Of a stretch of 50,740 bases of DNA, positions 37,936-50,740 are shown piece by piece. The notes beneath the pieces were generated by a model. It saw nothing but the letters and a program-made list of their open reading frames with translations. It did no database searches and was not told where the DNA came from. This DNA comes from Phoronis australis. Taxonomy: Eukaryota; Animalia; Phoronida. Position 1 is the first letter of the stretch. Each line of letters starts with the position of its first letter. The position numbers were made by a program, and so were the translations under genes. The DNA lies in contig NMRA01000188.1 in assembly GCA_002633005.1 (NCBI GenBank), positions 544,464 to 595,203 of the forward strand, read 5' to 3'.

Positions 37936-37992
37936 CCACATCAACTTCGTCAGGTTTGCCTGTCGTCTGGATACTGCTTACTGCTTGATTAT
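37936..37992 (-). CDS. Shared exon 2 (57 nt, phase 1-1), juxtamembrane linker DNQAVSSIQTTGKPDEVDV
   Basis: Acceptor attctttattggtag|, donor GATGTGG|gtgagt. Open and phase-compatible with both neighbours. Symmetric, so it could be skipped without frameshift. Confidence 0.7.
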
Positions 37993-38830
37993 CTACCAAT
38001 AAAGAATGCATCATGATCATAAACGACGACCCAAATACACAAGTCTTTTGACCATACCTTTGGCACACCTACACGATGCATCCAACAACATTCCTCAACA
38101 AAAGGCAATATCACGTCAACGTTTAACTAAAGAAACTACATACTCCCATCAGAAAAAACAAATTCATATTCAGGCCACTTACCATCACGCAACTGGTCTC
38201 AAGATGATCCTTGGCCAAATTTTAGGAAATTTCAGCACTTTGAAAGACCTTAACAGTTGGTTATTGCTCGAGACCAGGCTCGACAAAGGCACACAACTGC
38301 TACTGCTATTCGGCAATAAAGAGGTAGTTCTATGTCCCATAAGGGTATAGATTTGGCTTCATAGAAAACCTAGTGTATCATAGAGTAGTTCCAAAACATC
38401 ACCACCAGAGTACATGCACCACATATTTTGGTGAACAGATGGCAACTCACTATCTGGAGGGCAACAGGAGGCATCTAGCCAACCAGAGAAGTAGAGCAAG
38501 CCCCAAGCATCGCTCAGACCTCCTCAAGACGTCCGAGCAATGCCCATCCAATGAAATATTTGTGGAGTGTTTCAGGGTACTGTTAGTGGGTATTGAGTGT
38601 GAATGTGGTAGTACTCAGTTAAAAACCTGTGGAAATCAATTGCTGAGTAATTGACACTACTGAAAACAAACCAGTTTTCAGTGCAGCAAGAAAGTTCATA
38701 GTTGCAACATTTGCTGGCTGGACATGCCAAAATAAGTAACATGATCAGCGCGAAACTACGCATGCTTCCAAAGATCAAAGTAGCTGTGATTCAAACTACA
38801 ATCACACTGGTTAGGAATGATTAAACATGT

Positions 38831-40290
38831 CAACAAGAGCAATGATCATCGCCGAACTGCACCCACGACTCCACCGCAAACAGAAGGGGTGTATATCAGT
38901 ATCATAAACATGGCCATCAGATGCCGCGGAATACATCAGACCTATCCAAAAATGAGAAGGTGTCTACAGAAAACTACCACCTAAATTTCTTGAAGATCCA
39001 TCGCAGAACACCAAAGATTAGAGGTAAACGTGAGAAAAGCAAATGGCATTAAGAGGCGACATGGTAGTATGGTCCATCCATCTGTTGTCAAGTTAATCGA
39101 ATACACTTGCCAAACTTCCACAGAGTTGACGAGATACAGCCGCAGATGCAAAAATTGTCACTAAGGAGCACCATAGTGGTTCGACCTATCTGAAAATCCA
39201 CGTCAGTCACGCTTGTCAGAAGAAACACATATACCAATTTTTATAATGATCCTTTCAGTGGTTTGGGTATACAGAGACTTGTTTCCCAAATTTCATCAAA
39301 AACCATCCAACACTTAAGATACAGAGGTAAATGTAAAAACTAAAATTACCACTAGGAAGCCCAAGGGTAGTCAGGGTCATCCACACGATGTGGGCAGACC
39401 TTGACTCAATCACAGGGTAACACTTGCAAAATTTCACCTAGATCTACAAAGCTTTAAAGGATATACAGCCATGGACACATAAAAAATGAAATCACCATAG
39501 TTCTCACACTTGTCCAAAAATTTAGAGGCGGAAGTCAAAAACAGACTCGAAAAAACAAAAATGGCCACCTGGTGGTGCAAAAATTAAACGCATCTTTCAT
39601 AAAATAAATAACATCGTTGTCTCTTTAATAGAAAGTTTTGTTGCCAAACTTTATGAAAACCCATCAAGGAACTACGAAAATAAAAGGCAGACGCAACTAA
39701 AAAAGTGTCACTAGGTGGCACAGTGGTATTTGGATTGGTCTGAAACTTGTTGCCATCTGTTGTCATGTCCATGGGAACGCATCTGTCAACTTTCACGACG
39801 ATTCTGAACAGGATTGCAAGACGATTATACAGCCATAGAAGCAAAAACAACAATAGTCGCCACAGTCGCTAACGTAGTCGAACCCTTCAGAAAATCAACA
39901 TCAGTCGAGCTTTCTCATCAGAAACACATAGACTTGTCAATTTTCATAATTATTCTTCGAGTGGTTTGGTGGATAGAGAGGACACAAAAAACCAAATCAA
40001 AATTTTTCAAAATGCCTACAAGGTGGCACAGAATATGTCAAATCCATCCAAAAATGGAAAGGTGTTGTTGTCTTCTTAATAGAAACCTATTTGCCAAATT
40101 TCACCAAAATCCATTAAGGTGCGATATTTCTTGTCATCTGTTGTCAGCTTCATAGGAAGAAATGTGTCAGATCTCATTAAATTCCGGCAAGGGGTTTAGG
40201 AGAAACAATAGTGGACACCGGACATCCACACGCCCAGACAGAGGTGACGACAATAAGCACCCACATGTAAACATGTGGGCACATAAAAAT
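38831..40290 (+). mobile_element. Helentron/HINE-like element with degenerate internal tandem repeats of about 150 bp
   Basis: Starts aacaagag; recurring caaatttcatcaaaatcc / gagatacagcc / cactaggtggca motifs; ends in hairpin cccacatgt-aa-acatgtggg followed by aaaa. Confidence 0.5.
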
Positions 40291-40463
40291 GGAGTAAGCC
40301 GTGCCCATGACACAGTTCAATCACGGAACATTTGGAGTTTGTTTCATACCTTGAATTACCCCTAACATTGTGAAAATCAAATCAAGAACTACATGCAGGT
40401 CCCAACATAATAGCCAAACTAGTTGTGAGTCCAGTACATTCTGTGTGGAATCACGAATCTCAC

Positions 40464-41307
40464 CTGGTTTAACAAAGCCTAAAATAATAGCCACAATTGC
40501 AGCTGTCAGACATAAGGTGATAAGCATGAATAGTAAGGCTAACACTTTCCATCCAGTCACTGAAAGGCAAGGCTTCTTTTTTGGCGCATCATCTGATACC
40601 GTCCGGCGGTCGTCAGGACCAATAATGTCTAACTGTATGTCTTCCTGCGACGACGTACCACCGCCGTCTGAAAAATTTGGCCATGCCGTGCCATGCTGTG
40701 TGTACGACCTTGGCGTCCGTAATTGTCCTTGAAATTGATACTGCTTAGGCTTGCCTCTAGGTGGCTCTGCCGATGGCAAGAGCAGGTTACTGTTTGTTTC
40801 GTTTGTAGTCCTGTGAAAATGAGATGTACGAGCACTGACATATTGCACTGTAATCTGAGCTGGCACATTATTTCTTCTGTCATCATTTATGGCACTATTG
40901 GAGTCCGTCGAGCTAGACTCTTCTGACACGGGCTCATGAATGTCCGCAGAGTACGCCCTGTTATCATAGCACTGCTGTGACGAGCTCGGCAGACTATGTG
41001 TAGTGTTTGTCAACGATTCTTTCCGCCGTGAGTCACTTGGCAGAGACAGCTGAGATCCTGCAGGTACATTGAAGTATGAGCTGTGTTCAGGCCTCCGACG
41101 TGGGAAAAGAGAGTCTGAATAGAATGAGGGTGTCTTGTGGCTCGTTAACGAGTGCACCCTGGCAACCTCGTTTTTAGAGGGCGTACAGGAGCCCACCTTG
41201 AAGACATCGCGCACATCACGATGTCGACTACTGTAACTGCCCTGGCTGTGTCTAGTCCGGTGTGGAACAAGAACCTCATCTTTCACTGCTTGTTCTGTCG
41301 ACCACAT
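40464..41307 (-). CDS. Shared exon 1 (coding part) of type II membrane SEA/mucin/chitin-binding protein: Ser-rich cytoplasmic N-terminus plus single TM helix
   Basis: Within the 341-aa ORF. Acceptor tttgttccag| gives exon start 41337; first in-frame ATG at 41307 (MWSTEQ...). Basic KKKPC precedes hydrophobic WKVLALLFMLITLCLTAAIVAIILGFV (positive-inside, type II). Donor AAACCAG|gtgaga at 40464/40463, phase 1. The true start could lie in an unidentified upstream exon. Confidence 0.85.
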
Positions 41308-44300
41308 AGGCTTCTTGCAGTAGTATGGAAAAGCTCCCTGGAACAAATAGCAGACAATGTCAGACTTTCATGTAGCAATGTGGCAACTGATGACGTGGGA
41401 CTAGATACTAGTGACTTCTAGAGGGCAAGGAGGCAATCACACAGTACACTTGTAAAAAGGCCTTTTCACAAAACCAAACATGTTCCTCTATGCCAACCGC
41501 TGCAAAGAAGTAGTACCTCCTGCTACAGCCAGGTGGCAATAAGATTCACCAGTCCCATGTCATCAACCCTTGTTGCTTTCTGTAAGACTCAACGAATTCA
41601 CTTAACAGCAGAACATGATTACTTTTTAAAGTAGGTTTTGTTTCTATCTAATTTTCCAACTCACAGCACATTGAAATCCCATGATGTTTCTGTAACATTT
41701 TCAAAAAATAATAACATAACAGGCTCAACGATTCTGCTAATGTTTTATCTGTTTTAAACATATTTTCTAACTTTAGCAAAGAATACATTTTTAGAAAATT
41801 GTATACATGGTTATTAGCTTTGTTTTAGTCATACAGTGTTACAATTCTTGCAAACATCAAGATTGAGAAAATTCTAATCTATTGCAAGCATTATCTGTAC
41901 TGTCATAAACAACTTTTAGTGAATTTTCATTGTTTGCAGTAAAGTGCAGGTTAACTGTAATGGCATTTTTTCGCTATATTTCCACCATTTTGTTCACTGC
42001 TCTGCAGTATATAACTTCAACATGCATCATACCCCAACTAGTTTATGAAAAGAAATTAATTTAAGCCCCTAACAATTGTAGTAAATTAATTAAGATTTCC
42101 TTGCTGTGTTGCTGAAAGACATTGCTATCCTTCTATTCAGTTGTACACTGTAGCCAGACTATGAAATATCCCACAATAGAATGCAGTTGCGCCTGGTTTA
42201 ACTTACAAGTCATGTGTAAGGGCGTGTGCCTTCATTTCAGACCTAACATGACTGGGATGAACATAAAACGATGATTGATGACAATTCAAATATTCTCCTC
42301 TTATTTAATAAATCAAGCGTAGGGCAACCTGACATCATCAAATGTGCCTAAGTTATCTCTATCAAACACATTCAATAATTGTTGACCCAGTATATCTGCA
42401 TAAAGTAAACACCCTAGATATTCTCTGTGGGAACAAAGCAGGCACACTAGAGCACAATAGCCTGCATCAAGTGTCTTGCCTTAACAAAGCCCAGTGATCT
42501 CAACACTAAATGTACGTGAACGCCAGTTGCAAGCCATGAAATATCGAGTTCAGATTGGATTAATAAGAGCTCCACCCTGTTTATTAAACATACTAGGCAG
42601 TAGCCAGGCCAGTGAGTTGGGAAATCAATTCTTGATTAAATGTGAGAACAGTTGATGACTCAAGTTACAGAAGCTCTCCAAAACTGGCAGATGTATTTAG
42701 ATAGGGATTTATAAACAAATTCAAATATTATTTGAGAAAAAATAAAATAATTTAATTTTAAATCAATTTTGCTATTTTTGTTATTTAGTAATTGATGTAA
42801 ACATGCAAATAGTCATCACTGCTAAATCATAATCAAATAAACAGAAACATAAGTATGATCTTTAAATCACATAATTTTGTTTGAATTATCACAAATTTAT
42901 GTCGAGACCAAATGTTGTCATTACATGCAAATATTTCATACTTTCAATAATTGAAAACTATTTTCCTCAAAATTTTGGCTCATGGCCAAAAACAGGACTC
43001 CTAGGCAGAAAATAAATTGTAAATTTACTTCAATTCATACTTGAAAATTCTTTAACAAGAAACAAGAAACAACTATGTCAAAAGGAACAGGACTGCTTGT
43101 ACATCGAAGCTCACAGCACGAGAAGATATTTACCGTACTCTTCTGGGTTACTGCCTGGTGCGTGGTTGTATTAGGGAATACAAAAACCATGCAGTGGGTG
43201 TTTAGCCCAAACAATGACCCTTAAAAATAACAATTTTTTCAAAGCTCAAGGTGGTGCTAACTTAACCATCAATCGGGTAACCACCCAAGGAGCTACTTCA
43301 CATGAAGACGGATAGAATGAAAGGGACTGATGCTTAATCAAATGTGAGTTGCGTACTTTTTCGGAGCATGAATTCTGATGAAATGGGCATTTCCAAACAC
43401 ATGGACATTTTAAGGAAGTCTCCATCAGATAACTTGGGTGGTAATTATGAAGTCAGGTGGTACGCCATCCGATCATCGGGTATAGTAATAATTTTTGCCA
43501 CAACTTAAATACCAGCAAAATGCAAGAAAAGACAAACAAGCTGAGAATCTTTTTGTTGATAAAATAAAGAGGTCAAAGCATGGAGGGAATCTTCAACACA
43601 CCAAACTGTGTTTCCAGATGGCTTCTAATAAAGTTTGTTTTAAAAACTCAAAGGCAGAAAACAGGTTTTCAAGCCCTTACCCAATCAGTCCAGTCTCCTC
43701 TGATAAAGATGTAAACATCAATGATGTATGGGCGGGAATGTTGGTCTTGTAAAAAAACAAACAAGCAGGTTACTCCTCTGTTGTGGCATGTCTCAGCATT
43801 TGATAAGGCAACTTGTTGGGTCTGATCTACAGAGTCAATCCAATAGACCAGATGAAACTTTGTCAGTTTTGGACAACTAAGTCTGAAATGGTTGTTAGAC
43901 CAAAAAAGCTCTACCCCGACTCGTATGGGAACACTCACTCACTGGACTCTCGATCTTTTTTTAAAGCTGCACAAAGGCACTTAAACAAGGGTTAGCAAGG
44001 TTTGACACCCCATCACTTGTCACGTGAGTGTTAGCTCATCTGGGGTGGCTTTTCTTTTTTGAAAGAGTGACCTACAAAAAAAACAGTGTACCACCTTCTT
44101 CTTATCTAATTGTTTTTATGAGAAATTCCAGAGACAACATTTCATATTTTTACCATAATGTGTCCAGAAATTGAAATTTTATGGTGCATAAGTATACTGG
44201 CCACCTGTACCTTTTCCAGTGATTGTTTTTTTATTAAATGCAAGTCTAAGATAGTGGAAAAGATTGACAATCAGTTAGGAACTAATCCTCCTTATGCATC

Positions 44301-47300
44301 ACAATAAGAAAAACATTTGAAGATAAGCGCTCAACATCATGAAAGGTCGCAAATTTTTTTTAAATGACACCACCAGCAAAAAGATCATAAAGTACTGTTT
44401 ACTATTTAAAATCTCACTCAGATATATCTTGACTTCCAGCGTCAAGTTGTCATTAAATAAAGTATTGTTACAGTTTCGAAACTAATAAGATTCCGATTGT
44501 TTGTATATTAGACAAAGGATTAATGTCAGCGTGAGTCTGTTATACTTGGGTGTTTATAACAAGTCTCAGTAAATTTACCTCATGAAATAACTCCATATCA
44601 CATTAAAAACCAAGTCATCTCATACTTACTGGAGCGAATAAAATCTTGTTAGTTTCCAGTTTTCAAATTGGTCCTAACAACAACATGGTACAGAATAACA
44701 TTATACCCAAGTGTTCCATTTCAGTGCAGTTTGATTTCGCAATTTAAATCTAAAATACATTTCAGAGCACACTTTAACAGGGCTCGCATACTCTCCAGAC
44801 TATTCTCGGCAGCACATGAATCCTTTTTATCTGGGTTCCACTTGTTTGTGTGTCTTTGAACAGGGAAATTTTAATTAATAGTGATAACCTCTCAACCCAG
44901 TCTTATCTTATCTGCAGCAGTCTAGCAACCCAAAGTTAGACTGTGTAATACACTGTCACCCCACCCAATAAACTAACAGGATATCTCCCTGGACAAACAC
45001 TCAGAAGATATCAGAAGCTGCAAGAGCCTTGAGAAAAAAGGGTTTCTTGCGCAAGGATGTGTGATTGCAGTAATATTAAAATGACAGTGCTGATTTTTAA
45101 TAAAATTTAGGCTAGTCAAACAACATGGCTCACGCACTTACAAATATGGATTTTCACTTAATGAACACAGCACACAGCCCTCCAAACTTAGGTTACTGAT
45201 GAACTGATGCTTGCGCCCACAAAGCACACCCTCATCAAAACAGACGCAATCACTAATAGGTAGATTAAGGGGGGACCCACTGCCCGGTTGCATGAAACAG
45301 TCCCAATTAGAGTCTCAACTAAGTTACCTAAATCTAATGCGTATTTTTGGACTTGTGAAACCAACGATTGCCCTTTCTTGTAATGTTTTAGTTTCATTAT
45401 TAAGTTATCTTTTGATTTTGATACAAATCGAAAGCGAACTCAACATTAAATTGCCAATATTATCGAAAATAATTAGGGATCTTTTCATGCAACACCCCCA
45501 ATTTAAGGAGTAAGTCCCTATTTAATTTCAATGAACTCTGGATTCAGTTTTTATTTATATTATTAGAAAAAGTAATTGAACAAAGAGGAGCTCATACTAA
45601 AGATGAAATGATAGAAAAATATTGCATCTGTGAGTCCATGAAGACACAAATACGCAAAAAGACTTAGGGACCTCAGTGGAGTCCCTATTTAGGAATGTTT
45701 CACGCAAGCGGCCACTGGGCCCCCTCTCTACGGACACAGCCAATGAAAATGCCACCAGCATGCCAATTTCAAGAGCTAGTGTTCATTAAAAAATTCTAGT
45801 TGCATTCCACGACATCATAGATTTGCCACTGAACACAGCCGGCTCAGGGACTCCAAGCAAAACTCCCTATACGTGTAAACACAGCCAACAAACTCTTTGC
45901 CGGCTGTGTTGTTTGGATTTGGTAAAATCAAACCAATTTAGCGCACAATTGTAATTATAATCGTTTTTCTATAAAATATGTAGCGTCAACATAATACTTT
46001 TCACTGTTCAAGTTACGTACCATAGCTACAACCACTAGACAATATTTTGAAAAATTGTGAGCTTTCACAATGTTCGAAGGCTTTGAAAAAATGGGCAATT
46101 TTGGCCATTATTATTGGCCAAAAAAGGTGAAATTTTATAAATGTGTTTCAATAAATCTTCACTTAATTCGAAAAATTGTAAAAATTGTCACATTGCTATT
46201 TTTCAAAGGCTGGCAATGTTGTTGCATGTGACAACTTTACAAAACATTTTCTACTACAGACACAGTACCTACTTACTAAACATGCCTATAAGAAGTCCTA
46301 AAATCTTGTTCAAGTCTGTTTTTGTTAACCTGAAAAAATAGAATTTCACACGCGCATCGTATTGTGAAAGATAGGAGACTTTATATTCACCAGGTGGTGC
46401 TAGTGAATGAAGGCTGCTTTATTATTCCACCTGAACAGATTTAGAGCAGAAAGCGGTCTATGTGGGTTAAGGAGCCACTGACGACTTGAATGCATCCATT
46501 TACAAATGTACGAGTGTGACTGCTGTCAAACAAGTGCCACCTACCAAATTCAAAATCTGCCATTACCATCATGCACCATGTAAACGAAGATTGCGGATGG
46601 TCTGAAGCCTGAATATTAATGGACCTGCGCAGACCACAGAGGTCGGAGCCACAAAACACCTGACTTCAAACTCACGAGACCTCTCTTAGTGTTCAGTATT
46701 CAGACTTTCTTGTTACTGTATAATGAACTTAAGTTTTAACGTCAATGGTGATTTAAAAGCAATAAAAAGATGTAATTGTCTTGTTGAAGTTATAGCTTGT
46801 TTTTTACTGTACAACTTTCAGTGAAAGTTGAACATCTGCACCAATGTGATGACCAATCATACCAGAAATGACTATTTACAGTAAATTCTCACCAATTTAG
46901 GACACAACGTGGGGGGCAAGTGAAATTTTCCTTCTTTCTTTTCAAGAAGATACGTGGCACCAGATGTACTGCTAGCTTCTACCAAAAAGGGATCACCGCG
47001 TTTGCCAACAATGGGTGGTGAATAGTTAAAATTTGTTAATATTTTGTTTTAAACAATATTTCTTATTTTGTCAGTACAAGCAATATGTTTCAATTTGTAA
47101 ACTTGTATTTGCTAGATTCTTTACATTACCACAAACTACTGAACATGCCCAAAACAAGTTCCCATAACAGGCCTCGGCCATACTGTCTTTGTTCAGATCA
47201 ACTCCACTCAATCCAATGGTGTCTGAATAAGTCCGAAACTGATGGGAACGGTAATACTTTACTTCACTGTTAACCATTGCTGATATCGACAAAAGCGGTG

Positions 47301-47624
47301 TAAATTGTATGGAAAAGGGCCTTTAGGACTGCAATCACAGTAAAAAACCCTGACGCAAAACACCACATGCATCTAGACAAGAACAAAGTAGAGTAGTGTA
47401 CTGTAAACAGGCGATAACACACCTGTGTTTCTTAATAACTCTACAACAAAATTAAACACAAAGCTCGTTTTGTGTCAAGATGGCAAACAACGAAGCATGT
47501 TTTGTCGTTTTAACATTCATGGGTCACTAGTTCCTGGAAAAGAGCAACAGCTTGATACAAAATCAACTGTTGAAAAGTATAACCAATACAAAAACAAGAG
47601 TAGCTCAAAAGTGTTGATTATGAA

Positions 47625-47722
47625 ATGGGAACACCATGTAGCGACAAGATAGGCACACCGTGTAGCGACTAGATGGGCACACTGTGTAGCGACTAGATGG
47701 GCACATCGTGTAGCGACTAGAT
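47625..47722. repeat. 24-bp minisatellite, about 4 copies
   Basis: Unit gcacaccgtgtagcgactagatgg. Confidence 0.9.
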
Positions 47723-47769
47723 CTGATGAAAAATAAATGGCTGCCATGCTCTCCTCAATGAGATCACAC

Positions 47770-48350
47770 AAGATCCAGCAAAGAACTTGGCTGAGGCCAA
47801 GCCAGAGGGAAACACAAAACTGCCACTAGGGGTAGCCACACAGGTTGGAGATGTCTAAAAATCAATGTCAGCTTTGCTACTCAGAATGAGAACATATACA
47901 AAAAAAATTCATGAATATCCGATCAAGGAACTGGATGGATATGGAGATATACAAAACACAGAATAGACAAAAGGGGGAGCCTAAGTAGTCAGACCCTCTG
48001 AAAATCATCTGCCGAATTTCATGACCCGTTGGGGAGTTTGAAAGATTCAGAGTACGTTGCCAAAAACAAAATACTAAAAAAAGGCCACAAGGGTGCGAAA
48101 AACCGTCAGATCCATCCAAAATTCCAAAGGTGTTGTTGTATTGATAATAATCAATTTCATAAAAATACACCAAGGAACTTGAGCTTGATACGCAGACAAA
48201 CAAAACAATCTAACATTGCCACTAGGGGGCAGATTGTAGGTCGGATCTGTCCAAAAGTGGTTTTTATCCCTCGCCCGCATCACAGGAACAAAAAAAACAA
48301 ATTTCATCAAAATCCTCCAAGGAGTTCACGAGATACAGCAGTGGAAGTCT
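47770..48350 (+). repeat. Degenerate repeat related to 38831-40290
   Basis: Same motifs (gccactagggg, aaatttcatcaaaatcc, gagatacagc). Boundaries approximate. Confidence 0.45.
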
Positions 48351-50740
48351 AGATGCTAAAAACCTAACATAGGACGCAATATCTACCTATCTATCTATAC
48401 ATGTGCTTAAAACATCAGACAGCTCAAAGAAGGAAATTTGTTCTCTAATTTCGTTCCAGCTCTTATTGAAGACAAGGAGAATGTTGGAGTGGGCAAAGAA
48501 AAAGCTTATCACTAAGTAACCAACAAGTAACTAATTTTATCAAAATGGACGGTTCTTTGAAGCGACAAAAATAAGGAAATAAATTTGCAATGGCTTTAGC
48601 TGTAATCCAAATATACAAAATGACTCACGGAAAAGGCAAACACACGCTCAAAAACTGAGCAGTAACTAGACAGTGAAGCATTGGGTTGGTAGAATAATTT
48701 GGCCAGGACCATTTAATGTTAACGAGACAAGTCACTACTTTATTGAATGTCAATGTCCTCAAGCCAACCTCAAAACAGTACTCCCTACTGCCACCCCTTA
48801 CCATAACAAAAACATTAACCCTGCAACAAAAACAAGCCAACTCTTATAACCAACTAATCATTAATGGTAGGGCATATAATTCTTTTATCAGTTATAGGCT
48901 GGATGAAATATTACCAAATCCTTGATGAACTGTTCAGCGTTATAATAAAAGTAGCATACCATTCTTCAAAAACCCAGACACTGATGCAAAACAGAATTAA
49001 GAGGTTTATAATAATCAAACTCACAGCTCTTGAAATGACCAATGACAAAAAAGAAGAAAATTAACTAGGCTTGTGTAATAGAAATACTTTTTGCATTGTA
49101 AAATTTCAAAAATGTTTTTGCATGAATGAAGTCAAAATAATGAAAAAAGAGACGAAAAAAGGAAACTGGAAACCAAATAAGAGGAAATCGAAACCAAAAA
49201 TGATGAAGCCTTCTTAAAAGAGGAAAATTCCAAGCCCTAAACTCACAACCAAGCCAAATTTTGGTGGTAAAAAGTCAAGAAACTGATGACAAGGTTTTAT
49301 TTCCTACGCAAACCAACAAAGTGAAAGATTTTCAACATAACATGACAGTTTGAATGAAGGACATTACAAAATCATACGCACCAATAAAAAGGGTGTATAA
49401 TAAAAGTGTTAACATGTTTTGCTGACCTCTGATTAGAGACATTAACATTTACGGTATTTTATCTCATATACAGGGATAATCTCTAGCTCATTGGTTGAAA
49501 CATGGCTCAGTAATACCCAACTCTGTGCCTCCCATGGAATGATAACCCATAGCAACTCCAGAATAAAACCAGACACGCCTAGCTATACCACAAAATGAAC
49601 CTGTAGCTACCAAGTGCTCTGGGAAAAGTTAGTTCAGCTACAAACAAGTGGCATAGGTTGTTTTTCCTTTTTGTAAGTCACCTCGAAACAAAGACCATAT
49701 ACATAAAAACTTAATTCTTCTGCTCCAGAACATGTTTAATCACCAATTCAGGTAGTGCAGGGTTTACATACGACAAATGGTAGTGTTCACAGACAAATAT
49801 GGTTCAGGCCAGGACATGATTATATTAAAAATAATTGCAGGTGGTCTGATACACGTTGTATCAGACGTGCGCAGGCTATGCATGTGGGCCCATTGAACTG
49901 ATCACCTGACATGATTATGGCATACATGAAGAATTCTATCTTGTCAACTTTCTAGAGTTAACAGCACCAGTAAACTTCACAGTAAACAGGTGGATTTGAC
50001 AGTGGAGTGTCAACGATGCGGTGCAGTATGAACGGTCAACTTAAGTCACATCGAAGTTATCACCAGGAGCCACTGTCATCATCAACAATTAAAGGGCAAT
50101 GTCATCGCAAATAGTTGATTATATTTTGCTCGAATAATCACCAAACGAATGGTTTATGTCAATTAGCACATTTAAATGTTCCCAGATTGTCACATTTAAA
50201 CAATCTTAGCGTGCATGCGATGCATCAGCACCAACTTACGATTACTTTGATGACAACAGCGTCATCTACCGCTTACTTTGACATCCGTTAAATAGCGAAG
50301 CCGGTATGAACGGCTTAGTTAACTTTGCAGTTTATGTCGACACTCGGCTCAGACTGGAGTTAGTCAGTATGATGTCTTAATGAACTTTTCATCAAATTTT
50401 AAGTGATGGCAAACAAGTATTTTGTTAATTTCAAGTTTTACATCAAACAATAGTTGGATTTACCCAAACATCAATCAAACATTTCAGCTAAAATGCTCTA
50501 GCTTAAACATTTAACTGGAGCTTACAAATGCATTCTGTTGACAAACATACAATGTTAAAATGAATTAATGGAGTGGAATACCACCTGCCAATTGATTCAT
50601 AAAATTTCATTAGCCGCATATAATATTTACACATGCTGGCATGTAGTTCATGACATTTAAAACTGAAATGCCGAAACATCTGAAATGGAAAACTGACTAG
50701 AACTGGGCACATGACCTGAGTAGCCAAAAACATCTGAGTG

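Noticed and set aside
47625-47722. Short direct repeats resembling a CRISPR array (also 24390-24627)
   Set aside because: Head-to-tail units without unique spacers, no cas genes, eukaryotic context.
41338-50740. Possible upstream or 5' UTR exons (donor-like gtaagtat at 44629-44622, others near 43133 and 48628)
   Set aside because: An acceptor at 41338 implies an upstream exon, but no candidate can be fixed without transcript data.

Overview
Eukaryotic (animal, probably marine invertebrate) AT-rich genomic DNA with spliceosomal introns. No prokaryotic features are present, and most short ORFs in the track are spurious. The window is dominated by one minus-strand gene reconstructed by hand. 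Four shared exons (41337-40464, 37992-37936, 36269-36163, 34982-34915) encode a cytoplasmic N-terminus, a type II transmembrane anchor and the N-terminal half of a SEA domain. They are followed by four alternative terminal exons (A 32684-30983, B 24891-22740, C 13872-13113, D 5927-5162). All four have phase-matched acceptors, start at the SEA autoproteolysis motif (R-x-G/S-[IVL]) and encode the rest of the SEA domain, a Thr/Ser mucin stalk and 3, 2, 1 or 1 Cys-rich chitin-binding type 2 (CBM14/peritrophin-A)-like domains. An intronic element about 360 nt after the last shared exon (34517-34552) is complementary to a conserved element about 52 nt upstream of exons A and B, and more weakly to one upstream of C and D. 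This suggests a Dscam-like docking site/selector mechanism for choosing the ectodomain. Exons C and D lie in a recent tandem duplication (period about 7.7 kb) and differ mainly in the Cys-rich domain. The rest is a 5'-truncated LINE (two copies), several MITEs, Helentron-like repeats and two single-N assembly positions.
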